DNA of 64,000 bases from Takakia lepidozioides (Eukaryota; Plantae; Bryophyta): contig CM060734.1 in assembly GCA_030704615.1 (NCBI GenBank), forward strand, positions 19,716,001-19,780,000, in the 5' to 3' direction. A program made the translations under genes and the position numbers. This document shows positions 53,141 to 64,000 of the stretch, one piece after another (positions within the stretch are counted from its first letter, which is position 1; every line of letters begins with the position of its first letter). The notes beneath the pieces are model-generated. The model saw only the letters and a program-made list of their open reading frames with translations. It ran no database searches and was not told where the DNA came from.

Positions 53141-55090
53141 CTATGAAATCAGCCCTGCCGACAAACAAGCAATGAAGACATACCCACCTTCCAATATGGC
53201 AGGTTCCAAAGGATCGACCTTCGCTTCATGCCATGGGATTCGGCAGGGCACACATTCCGGCGACGTCTGCCGAATGTTTCCATGAACCTCTTGTTTTCCT
53301 CCGCATTTTGGAGCTGATCCACAGTGGATACTTGGGGGGGGGGGGTCTGTGATCGGAGACTCCATTGAAGTGGTTGCAATTGCGTCTATATGGATGGCCT
53401 GCTGGTAAAAAATTTATGTGTCCCTGATACACCATTTTGCTCAGTGCACTGGAGTGCCTGGCATCAAGATTGGGCCCGCACACGGGACAAGCCTTGTAGC
53501 CCCCAACTGCACACCCTGCTAGCATGGCATATGCAGGATAGTCATGTACTGACCACATCAGAATGGCTCTCATGACAAAGGTCCTTGATCCTTCATTGCG
53601 AGATGCATCATTAGCCCTAACGCCTTCCCACAACACGGTCAGCTCATCCACCAGAGGTTGCAAGAACACATCCGCATTGGTCTGCTTCACGGATGTCGGC
53701 CCTGGAATTAAGAGTATCTACATCATAAAAAAAAAGGCTTTGTGCTCAGCCAAGGAGGAAGGTTGTAGTTCATGAGCAAGACAGGCCACGTAGACCATTT
53801 TGTTGATTTATCACCAAAGGGATTGATACCATCCCATGCCAGACCTAGTCGCAAGTTGCGAGGTTCAGCTACAAAAGCAGGCCATGTATCGTCAATGTAT
53901 TTCCATGCAAGGCTGTCAGGCGGGTGTCTCATCTTCCCATCTTGACTTTGGTTCTCCGTGTGCCACACCATAAACTTAGATATCTCCTTGCACTTGTACA
54001 TGCGCTGCAGCCGGGGAATCAAGGGGAAATGTCGCAAGACCTTTTGTGGAACCAACGTCTTCATGCCAGGGATGTACCGAGGCGCCCCACATTTAGGGCA
54101 AGATGGTGCATCCTGCAGATCTCCCCTGTATAGCACACATCCCTTCTCACAAGCATGGATGCTATCGTAATTAAGCCCAGCTTTTGTTATAAGTTTCTTC
54201 GCTTCGTAATGAGATTTGGGCAAAAAGTTCCCTTTAGGCAATAGATATCCGTGCAAAAGTTTCAAAAGCTCATCCATCGCTGCGTTTGTGACACCATGAG
54301 TAGCACTAACATTGAGCAAGAGCAACGTCGCACTCAAGCAGCTGGTGGGGCAGCCAACATACAGAGGTGTGGTTGCTTGATGCTGAAATTGGAAAGCAGC
54401 ACCGTCATCCCCATCCCCATGACTTTGTCCATCATGATGGCGCTCGTCTTCTCCAAGCCCTTCATCCTCATTAATGGTGCTTTGTACATTATCTGCAACT
54501 GCAAACGTTTCCTGCAACATGCGAATGATGTCGACATCAGGGTCTAGATTCTCTCCACCACGAACAGGAACAGGAACAGGGCTAATCTGTCTCGGAACAT
54601 CATCCTCAAGGGGGCTACGTTCTTCCACAAAGTCTTTGTCTTCGGAGTCGACACTCTCCACCTGCATGTTCACCTCCAAAGTATAAGAGTATAGTCTTGT
54701 TCAAAATATAACTTGTTGCATAAAACAGGGAATCTCCTATTTGACCATGCTAGTTTCCATACAGTAGTCCACCGTACATGTACAGTAGAGGGCCGTTCAA
54801 CATTAGCATTCTAAGGGCTTCATCCTAAGTTATGTCTGCGAGAAGTGAGGCGAGAGATGCACGTCACTCACCATGGGATAACCCAACAGTGGATCCCGGT
54901 CGTTGGCAAGCAAATGCAATTTGGCAGTTTCCACGAATTGGAGTCGACCCCCATGGTAGTCGTTGCAGGGACACATTATCTTTGAAAGACCCAGTCTAGT
55001 TGCACGTCGTTCCTCGATTTGCCAAAGTCTTGCGTCAGTGTCGGGCACCGTAGTGCGGTGCCGAGTGTTTCTAGTTCCGACCTCTCTCAT
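53141..55090 (-). pseudogene. CACTA/EnSpm tnp2-family transposase, 3'-truncated
   Basis: Exon with MCPCNDY...HLL (transposase-associated domain). IHACEKGCVLY...CPKCGAPRY, RHFPLIPRLQR, MRHPPDSLAW, RNLRLGLAWDGINPF, NYNLPPW, DVFLQPLVDEL, HDYPAY...GYKACPVC, KRRSILWNLPYW. Confidence 0.93.
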
Positions 55091-55315
55091 TTATGACGAA
55101 ACGCTTCTGGGTTTGAGTAGTTTTTGAAGTGGGAAGTCAGCGAGTGCTCGGATGTGGGGAACCTACGCCTGGCTTGCAGGCGTTGGAGTATTCGTATGGC
55201 GGGTCCACCTCCCCTCTATTTCCTACATGCGCTCCTTCTATTGTTTGATCAGTAGATCATGGTAGTCTTGTTTGAGGTCGATTACTGCAATTTGAGCGAC
55301 AAGGAGGAACCCGCC

Positions 55316-55555
55316 ATGGCACGGACACGTAGCAGCAGGACCCCCCAAGCGCATAGTGCCCGCGCCCCCACCACCTCCGCAAGAAGACCCTACCCGACTG
55401 CACTGGCTTCCCGCACACCCGCACCCAAGCCCTCTGCACCCAAGGCCTCTACACCCGACACCCCTCCACGCACTGCCTACGAGGAAGAGCAAGAGAGGCG
55501 CATAGCAACCAACAAGGAGACGTTGTCTCAGCTGAACATTGGGAGCGTTGCGCAG
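55316..55555 (+). CDS. First exon of a gene divergent from tnp2 (probable CACTA second gene), interrupted downstream by element B
   Basis: GCCATGG start; YEEEQERRIATNKETLSQLNI fits the YExxRxxRIxxNxxxLxxL motif; donor CAG|GTGAG at 55555/55556. Confidence 0.5.
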
Positions 55556-56219
55556 GTGAGCAGATCACCCTTGTCCTTAGTATGCATGCTACACAGGTAG
55601 TGAGTAGGGGTTTCCCACCACATTAGCCTACTACTTTTCCCCCCCATAGGTTTGATGGTGATGGCACTTTCACGATCGCCTTTTGTTTAGGGCAAGATTC
55701 TCACAGGGTTTTGGAAATGTGTGCGCAACATAGCCAGGAGTGTACAACGGCCGACTAGGAGCTCCAAAGTTGGGGGGCTACTATTTCATGAGCCATGAGC
55801 CATGAGCAGAGTCGTAAGTGTCGAAAAAAACATGAGCAGGACTTTTTTCCGGAAATGAGTGTCCGTGGGAATAGGGTTTAGGGTGTCACGGTCATAGGGG
55901 GAGAAGGACCTCCCGATGAAGGAGGTTCGGCAATGTTTTTTAGAATTACATATTGAAAGGCAATGTTTCGCGAATGGTAGGGTGGTACTGATCTGTACAA
56001 TGGGGGCCCATTTCAGCCTACCAGCCACTTGCAAAATCCACCCACACTCCCAATCCCAAACGAAATGAGGAATGACGCATTTTGGGAACGATGGATACAT
56101 AATAGAACAAAAAGAGGGCACAATGGGGTTTTTATTGATCCACATGAATTGCATTTGAAGCACGTCTACTGTGCTGATTGTGCAAACAAATCTTTAGCCC
56201 TGTGCCTTCTGAATACAAG

Positions 56220-56783
56220 TCACGTTGTCAATGGGACTTCGACTGCTCTCACAACTAGCTCATGAGTCTTCGGGCTCCTCCAGGTAAACTGGATTGCAGC
56301 CGTTGTACCGCCCCTGTTGATGTTCACCACAATGTCCTGCCCTTCAATCATACCACCATCAAATATGGAAAGCTTCACGTTTTCGCCGTCCACACCAATG
56401 CGAATGTCCCCATACAATGGAGAAGATGAGCGCACTCCTTCAGGAGTATAAGTCTCTCCGATGGAGTCCACCCACGTCCACTGGCAGCAGTTCCACCGCA
56501 ACAGCATAGCAGTGCGCATTCTTCTGCATGGGTGCCCGTCGTAGCTGGGAAAATCGGAATCAAGGATGCGCAGGAGCCACGGACTCCTCAGACCAAGATC
56601 GTCACCCCGCTCGAAGGCGTACTGGCCTGGGAGATACTCAAAAGCGGACAATGTTTCCACATTCGAACCAGTATCTTCTGTGTAATCTGTGTACCAGATA
56701 ACGATGTCTCCCGATGTGGCCGAATACATTGCATAATCGATGCCTCCATAAGGGCAGTCGTCCCGGTTCCGGAAGCACGGCAT
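56220..56783 (-). CDS. Orphan protein, paralog 1 (~187 aa)
   Basis: Intact ORF from MPCFRNRDDCPY; about half of residues are identical to 57339-57917 along the full length (estimated by eye). Confidence 0.75.
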   Translation of the reverse strand: MPCFRNRDDCPYGGIDYAMYSATSGDIVIWYTDYTEDTGSNVETLSAFEYLPGQYAFERGDDLGLRSPWLLRILDSDFPSYDGHPCRRMRTAMLLRWNCCQWTWVDSIGETYTPEGVRSSSPLYGDIRIGVDGENVKLSIFDGGMIEGQDIVVNINRGGTTAAIQFTWRSPKTHELVVRAVEVPLTT

Positions 56784-57338
56784 CCTTGCAAAGGAGGACC
56801 TGAGGATGTGTTTGATGCCGATGAAAATCACCTTGCGGACAGCAACGAAGCCCTTAGATTTTCGAAATGATGAGAAGCGGAAGAGCAGTGCGGGCTCCAA
56901 TAATGGACCATCTGGGTCACAAGTACCCACCAATCATCGTGTAACGTGTTCAACAAGCCAGCGGTGGATGAACCGATACCTCTTTCTCATCCACGGGGTA
57001 TAGTTTGAAATCTGCCACCGAAGTCCATCCCCCGGATGGAAATTCGGCGCCGCATTTACATCGAAGGGGGGATGGACTTCGTCGTCTCGAGTGGCTATAG
57101 GCCCACCTGGCACTTACTGCCCATAGTTTGCATGGCAGGGAAGGAAACTGATCGGCTACATCCATGGATGAGCCAATCTTCATCCCTGCAGGTTCCTGTA
57201 GGGGGGAAATTTAAATGTGCCCTGGAGTATTTGTGACGAATTGCAGCGTTTGCTTGAATTTCTTCCAGCCACCGCGCTGCTACCTCCTCCATCCGGGAGC
57301 TGCTGTCATTGAGCGTACTGCGCTACTCTTTTTCAGGG

Positions 57339-57917
57339 ATGCCGTGCCGCCGAAATCCTGCTGACTGCCCTTATCATGGCCACGATTATGCTATGTTCAA
57401 ACCACAATCAGGAGACATCATTGTCTGGCTTTCACTTTTCACAGACGCATCTGGAATCAAGCGGGAGTCTTTGCGCGCAATGGAGTATCTGGAGGGCTAT
57501 TACCGCTTTGAGCGAGGTGAGGGCGAGGGTCAATGCGGTCCGTGGGTCCTGAAAATTGTTGACCTCGATATACCAAGGTGGAATGGGATGCCGGACAGAT
57601 CACGCACGGCCTCACTTTGGCGCTGGAACTGCTGCCAGTGGACCAGGGAGGACGGCACCGGGGAAAACTATATTCGTGGAGTTCACTCCGCTTTTCCAGT
57701 GTATGGAGACATTCGGCTGAGTTGCGAAGACGAATCGCACGGGCACAGGAGGCCCACAGTGACCTTGTCGATGTATGATGGTGGTATGATTGATGGGTAT
57801 GACATTGTCGTCAGCTCCACCAAGGGCACCAGATCGACCGCATTGCAGTTTACCTCGAGATGCCGCATCAGTAATGAGCTAGTTTTGAGGGCTATCGAAG
57901 TTCCGTCGACTTGGTGA
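57339..57917 (+). CDS. Orphan protein, paralog 2 (~192 aa)
   Basis: Intact ORF from MPCRRNPADCPY. Shares DYAM, SGDI, EYL, FERG, RWNCCQWT, YGDIR, DGGMI and RAxEVP with paralog 1. A TTTTCAG acceptor lies just before the ATG. Confidence 0.75.
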   Translation: MPCRRNPADCPYHGHDYAMFKPQSGDIIVWLSLFTDASGIKRESLRAMEYLEGYYRFERGEGEGQCGPWVLKIVDLDIPRWNGMPDRSRTASLWRWNCCQWTREDGTGENYIRGVHSAFPVYGDIRLSCEDESHGHRRPTVTLSMYDGGMIDGYDIVVSSTKGTRSTALQFTSRCRISNELVLRAIEVPSTW

Positions 57918-58193
57918 CACCCATGTAGAAGGAGGAAGGGCTTAGATTTGTCTGGAGCTGCTAAATGTGAGACACCGTGTTCGATCAATAAAACAACCCA
58001 TCGTACCTCACTTCTGTGTGCTTGTGTTTCATCGTGTTCAAGAACTGCCGTAATTGGCCCACTGTTTACAATTTGAGGTCTCATTTCTACAATGTGTCTG
58101 TCCATATGAATATACCAGAGTCAGCGATATCACAGTCCTGAGGTGAAAAAAATCCATGTATGAGTTGTAGGAAACATGTACACGCCGAAGCTC

Positions 58194-59272
58194 GGAAATT
58201 CGCCACCGCATTCCATTTTCTCCATGAAGCGATTTCTGGCAGCTCCCTTTCCTCCGTTGTCGTCGTAACGGAAATGTTGTACAACATTTCATTTCCTAAC
58301 ATGGCATTACCATACTTCGAATTTGAAATGCGGCGCCGCATTACCATACTTCGAATTTGAAATACGGCGCCGCATTTCCATATTCGACCTTGAACTATCC
58401 AAGCATGTCCAGTCGCTAATGCTTGTCCATGTCCATACTTGAAATGCGGCACCGCATTTCCATGTCTGTCATCGAAATTTCGTACCGGACAATGAAATGC
58501 GGCACAGCATTTCCGGAGAGCACAATGGAATGCGGCTGCATTTCCGTCGAAGGGTCTGGAATTGGACAAACAACGATGTCCGTTCTGGAAATGCGGCACC
58601 GCATTTCCATGTCTGTCATCAAAATATCGAATCGGACAATGGAATGCGGTGCCGCATTTCCGTCCATCAAGACGGAATGCCCACACGGGTCTGGAATTGG
58701 ACAAACAACGATGTCTGTTTTGGAAATGCGGCGCCGCATTTCCCATTTTGGGCAATTGAAAGTTTTTATAGGACAATGTAAGTTTTTATAGGACGATGGA
58801 ATGCGGTGCCGCATTTCCATCAAAGGGTCTGGAATTGGGCAAACAACGATGTCCCTTTTGGAAATGCGGCGCCGCATTTCCATGTACGTCATCGAAATTT
58901 CTTATTGGACAATGGAATGCGGTGCCGCATTCCCGTCTAGCATCATGGAATTGGGAGCCCAAGAACGTCGATGGGTCTGCAGTTGGAAAAATGTCCATCT
59001 CCAAAAGGTAAATGCGGCACCGCATTTCCATGTTCGACCTCCGCATTTCGATTTACATCCATGGAAGGAGCTGCCAATCGGCAAAACTGCCGTGTCGAAA
59101 ACGGAAATGCGGCACCGCATTTCCGTTTGTCCGAACAGTTTCTGATGTCCAAACCATGAATCGGAAATTTGTTCTTGCCCCGGTTTTGGAAATGCGGTGC
59201 CGCATTTCCAAATGAGGTTTTTTCAGTTTCCACATTTCCGTTCAGACATTGAAATGCGGTGCCGCATTTCTG
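58194..59272. repeat. Array of ~17 palindromes GGAAATGCGG-(CG/CA/TG)-CCGCATTTCC, partly in ~140-bp higher-order repeats
   Basis: Copies at ~58325, 58359, 58441, 58587, 58641, 58722, 58798, 58860, 58914, 59009, 59103, 59187, 59251 and others. Confidence 0.95.
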
Positions 59273-59408
59273 ATTTTGGGAGGGACCAGGTTTGGACGAT
59301 GTTGTCGTTTAGAAGCACATGGGAGAGGGGACATGAAGGACGGGGAGAATTCCATTTTATATACTCTGGAATTGAATTTAAATGTACAGAGAGTTCATTA
59401 AAATTGTA

Positions 59409-62400
59409 TTAATCTTGAAAATCATCACTACTGTCGGCCTGTTCTTGACTGTCCTGCTCCGCCTCCACCCCGTCATTGCCTTTCTCATCTCCAGCGGACT
59501 GGTCGTTGGCCAGGCTTTCGAAAATCCCATCTTCACCTTGGGGAACCGACCATCTCACCTCCGTTGGCTCGTCGTCCTCCCTGTCTGCATCGCTCTCATC
59601 CGCTGAATCACATATGAACTTTCGCACCCGTCTACCTGCCTCAGCTGTTGCTAACTCTTTCCTTATCCTTCTGTCCTCCCTAGCCCTCTCCAAAATCTGC
59701 TCTACTTTACTGGGATTCTCACATCGTCTAATCGTTGTATTTGCGAGTTTAGCTGCATAACTAGGAAGGGAGTAGTCCTTCACCGGGCTCGTCATGAAGT
59801 CGGCCCTCGCAAAGAACGGGACATTCTTCCTGGCAGGAAGTGTAGGCCTTACATGTTTCGACCCGGATCCTCCAATCCTGCATATAACAATCACCATAGA
59901 GACCAATGAGAACCACAGTCCGGAAATGCGTTTGACAAAAAATCACCCAGAAGGCTTTGCAAACTTACAATGTTTGCACTCACTCGTATTCCGGGTTCTC
60001 CTCGGCATCAATGTCCACTGTCTCTTCCTCCGACTCCGACGAATCCGAGGAGTCTTTGACTTCGATGGGAGCCTTCACATTCCGTTGCAGCCCTTCCAGA
60101 TGGGATCCCCAGACGCCTGTGTCCTCCTCGTAGGCAAAGAGGTGCCGGTCGGAAAACCGCCCAGCCCACATTGAGGCACCTGTTACAATGCCATCCACAC
60201 ATTATGACATGGCCCTTCAGATGTTGCGAATGAAAGCATAACGAGAGTTTGCAGAAAAACATACAACAAGATTATGCATACCTGTCCCACAGATGAGGTC
60301 GAGCACTGTGCCCTCCACGTCAGTGCATGTCTCCATAATTGTCTGAATGAAGGCAGGGCTCCGAGTGCGTGAATACCGCAGGGGTTCAGTTGAAGTGAGG
60401 CTATGAGGGAGAAGTTCCGTGGGAACGTTGTTGAACAGGACGTCGTAATCGATGGGGTCGCAGTTCGGGTCAACCAACAATCCCTCCTTCCGGAAAGCAA
60501 AGGTGGAGTTCTCCTTCACAAAGCAGTATGCATCGAACTGCTTCGTCTGCATACACAGTGGGGAACGATTAGAAATCGAATGCGACACCGCATTTCAAGA
60601 CTCCTAAGAAAATGAAAGGACGAGTGCCAAGGTCGTAATTACCTTCTTCCCTTCCGACCGAAGGCCCAATGTGTTGATGCACGTCCACTTCTTCTTCAGA
60701 ATTGGGACGGCGCTCTTGCGGGTCCACTTCGCAATTCCTGTCTGCGTGTTTTTGCCTCTGCTCGCCAGGACAACCACACAGCCTCTGTCGTCCAACACCA
60801 TGCGGGCGAGCCCGAATCCTTTCTTCCAAAAGTCAAAGCTTGCAGTCCTTCCACAGGCTCTCCGTCTGGAATATCCAAGATGATCATATCGCAAGACCAA
60901 TCGGTGGAATTTCCGCCCCTCCTGCAATCCTTGTCTGCACACACCCTCTCAAAGAACGAGACCATCTTCAGAAACCCGGGGGTGTTGGAAGGCTCTTCGG
61001 CAGCCGCCTTCTTCAGTGCTCTGCCCTTCAGACCCTCCATGGTCTTCATGTATGCCAACTTGGCTGCCCGTCCATCCAAAGCCGCCAAGAAACTCTCATT
61101 CACACACTGGACTACTGTATCGGGATCCACTTTCGGCCTCTTCATTTCCACCGGCTCGAAAGGGTGCCCCCCCGGGGGGTTGAAGAGTGCCTTCTTTGCC
61201 GAGCCAGTTCTCGTCCCTCTCGTGACAACGGTGGGCACAGGGGATTTTGGCTGCGTCTCGGGGGGTGGGCTGGTTGCAAAGTCTCCATCGGAGTCCTCTT
61301 CCTCACCCTCTACCTGCACTATCTGTTTCTGCTTCTTCGTTTTCTTGGGTGTCACAACTGCTGCTAGCTCCTTGCTGGCGAGTCCGCTTCTTCGACCCCT
61401 TCTGTTGAGCCTGCACAGCTGCATCCACCGTTTTCTGTGCCATCTCAGCTGCCTTTCTGGATTGTTCCAGAGCAGCAGCTTCCTTTGCCGACTCTGGCCG
61501 AGCAGGGACACGTCTTTCCTTTCTCTTCTCTTCTGCTTTCGCGTGCAGATCTTTCTCAGACTCGTCAACAATTCCGCCAGACATGTCCAGGTACCACGGG
61601 CATCCAACCAGATGCGCGGCATGCCATTGTTTCTGCAGCTCGGGTGTGTAGACACAGCTTGGGCCCGCCACGGTCCAAGCCATGAAGAACGGGGGCTCTT
61701 GAGCCAGGGCCCCTGTCTGAAGAAGCACGTATTTCATATACCTGCAGGGCAGTCAGCATGCGTGAGCAAAAGTTGAGACCAACGTACTCGCAGAGTGCAA
61801 CCGAAAACATAAAATGCGAATGCGGTGCCGCATTTCCCAGACAAACCTCATTACCAGGCTTTGCGTACAAGGACAGCTGGGCTTCACCTGTAAACAATTC
61901 GCATTGCAGCTTTTCCCGCTCCCTCCTGATGTGTAAACTCCACGCTCCTTCTTGCTGTCTGTAGCTCCCTGGCGAAGAGGTTGTCCTTGTAAGCACATCT
62001 GAAACGTGTCACGTAGTCTTCCAATGTCTGTGTTCCATCCCATTTGACGTACAAGCCGAACGAATTTGTATGCATTACGACTTGCTCCTTCGCATTCGTC
62101 ATTACCTGCGATTCCCACATGCATTGTCACGTAGCAGTTCAGGGAATTCATTTCAGAAAAGCAACTATGGGGAAGTACCTTGAATTACCTGGAACCACCA
62201 AGTCATGCGGTTGAGCCACACATCCACTGCAGGGTCGGAAACTTCGAGTGGAAAAGACCACATTGTCCTTATACTCTCCGATGCATTCCAGATCGACAGC
62301 CACCGTGTCTGCCATTTCCGATCCAATGTCAGTCGCAGGAAGAAGAGTGGCTATTGCTAGGAAGGAACTTCAGTGAATTGAAACATCACCTTCTCTTTCG

Positions 62401-63911
62401 CTTCAACACATGCCGTTGAGAGGTGATGCAGTTTCTCCAACTGCATGGTCGGCTGCATGGCCCGAGAATAGTGTTTTGCAATCTCGGGGATGAAGTCCTT
62501 TCCAAGTGCAGGATGTGCAATGGCCACCAGCTTCACAAGCTTTGACTTATATTTCGTTCTGGACTTGACCCCGGCTTCCTTCAAGTGCTCAGTCAATGAC
62601 TGCAACGTTTTGACCTGCCCCTCACTTTCCATGAAGAAGCGTTTGGCATGGGCCAAATCCAGCTTGATGTTTGACTGCCAACAAAAACATGCAGAAGCGT
62701 TACATTTGATTCATGTGGAAAGATTACCGGAAATTGGGGAAGCTCCGGTCAGTTTTTGCCACGGCTTTCTGAATGAGCTCGGGCTCCAGCATTTCCGCGA
62801 ACATGTGCGGATCAGTGAGACCAGTTTTCCTCACCCTGTACAGCATATGTGCCATGTGGGTATGCACGTACGCATTTTCAGTGACCCTGCAAGGCACACT
62901 CTCCAGTTCAGACCACGGAAGCACGGAAACAAAACAGATTGGAAACCGAAATGCGGCACCGTATTTCGAACGTGGTTGGGAGGGTATGAGTATCTTATGA
63001 GTTGAGGTCCGCCATGGCATTCTTGAGTAGGGAGGAATCTGCCGCCTTCACCTTGAGGATGACACACTCCACCATGTAATGCCAGCCAATGTGCTTGCGG
63101 GATCACCCTTCAGGGTTGCCTCGAATTCGTCGTTGTGAGTGTGCCAGTGGGTATCCCATGTTGACAATTCCTCCGCAGTGGGTCCACAAGATTCACCGTC
63201 CTCATTCTCAAGGGAAACGTAGAAGGCTGGCGAACCTAGACGGTACCCTTCTCGAAATGCGAACTTGAGCTTATCCACATCTCCGGGAAGTGCCTGCCTG
63301 ACAATGGGAAGGGAGACCATGCGACAGAGTGGGATTCGAAGAGTCCGCTGGAATACCCTGCTGCCCAGAACTCTGCCAATGCTACTATGTGTCTCCTCCA
63401 ACATTGTATCCGCTGCACTTTGGAATTCCTCCGGAGACATTTCTGCTGGTGCCGGCAGGAGCTGAGCAGCTGGAGCATCCCCAACTGGAGCTGCACTCTG
63501 GGGAATCTTTGCGGACAATTGTGCAATTGCAGAGGCCTCCTCCGGGCCTTCAGTGGTCAGGTCTTCCTCAACTGTGGTCAGGTCTTGCTGAGAACGTTGA
63601 GAGGCAGCACCCTCCTCCGGTACCAGATCGACGGTCGATCCCATTGGCTTCGCTGCAGCAGGTTGGAAATCAAGCAGGAACTGGGCTTCAGCTCGTGGAA
63701 TCGGTTTTGCAGGAGACTGCTCCGCCCTCCCCCTGATTGCCTTGTGCTTCCTCATTCTTGCAGGTGAAGGTGTCTGCTGCAATTGAATCTGCTTCATTCG
63801 CCTGGGTGGGGGGGAAACGGCCTGGTCCGGTTCAGAAACAAGTTGAAGGACGGGCTGCTTCTTCTTCATCTTTGCTGGAGAAGGGCTAGACCCCTGCTGG
63901 CGATTCTCCAT
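59409..63911 (-). pseudogene. Spliced gene B: ParB/Srx-like + N4C/N6A methyltransferase-like protein, homolog of gene A (damaged; 5' end may lie beyond the window)
   Basis: LRIPLCRMVSLPIVRQAL...GYRLGSPAFYVS; EKLHHLSTA; CDMIILDIPDG (DIPDG at 60861-60875); RTRSPAFIQTIMETCT...VLDLICGTG|ASMWAGRFSDRHLFAYEED across intron 60180-60281; last exon TSPVKDYSLPSYAAKLA. Confidence 0.75.
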
Positions 63912-64000
63912 GACCTTTGAAGGCGAGTCGCTCTCTGGGGCTTTGAACTACAAAGACTTGGCCTTGGAAGCCGCGTCCTTGAAACGCACAGGGCTAGGAC

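Larger units (their letters stand above)
55772..64000. mobile_element. Element B: relative of element A (terminus, orphan gene pair, palindrome array, ParB-MTase-like gene); continues beyond the window
   Basis: Begins GGGGGGCTACTATTTCATGAGCCATGAGCCATGAGC, matching the element A end, and lies 3' of the homologous gene as in A. Its transposase is not in the window. Confidence 0.7.

Noticed and set aside
58194-59272. CRISPR array, or real ORFs (MEMRRRIS / GNAAPHF repeats)
   Set aside because: Spacers repeat in higher-order units, and the ORFs in all six frames are translations of the palindrome.
53141-64000. ParB-MTase gene B as cargo of the CACTA element
   Set aside because: A terminus matching element A lies at 55772 between them, which favours a separate insertion.

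Overview
A repeat-dense, intron-containing eukaryotic region, most likely from a land plant (tRNA-iMet primer sites, plant-type Gypsy, hAT, CACTA, MULE and LINE elements). It is almost entirely nested transposon sequence, and I recognise no conventional host gene. Main observation: two diverged members of what appears to be one DNA-transposon family sit at the window ends (A: <1-11841; B: 55772->64000). Both carry a colinear, intron-containing gene encoding a ParB/Srx-like domain fused to a beta-class N4C/N6A DNA amino-methyltransferase-like domain. Both carry an element-specific array of palindromes with the shared core TGCGN(CG/CA/TG)NCGCA. Both end, 3' of the gene, in a related terminus (GGGGG(G/C)T(G/A)CTATT(C/T)CATGAGCC). 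Element A also encodes a Mutator-like transposase (GCM/WRKY-type finger, DDE core, SWIM). Element B carries a head-to-head pair of intact paralogous orphan ORFs. Other notable items are an LTR containing three tandem F-box-like mini-ORFs, a Gypsy integrase ending in a PHD finger, a full-length chromovirus inside a hAT element, and a non-chromoviral Gypsy with extra ORFs. Many single-base frameshifts may be real decay or assembly error. All calls are by eye, without database searches.
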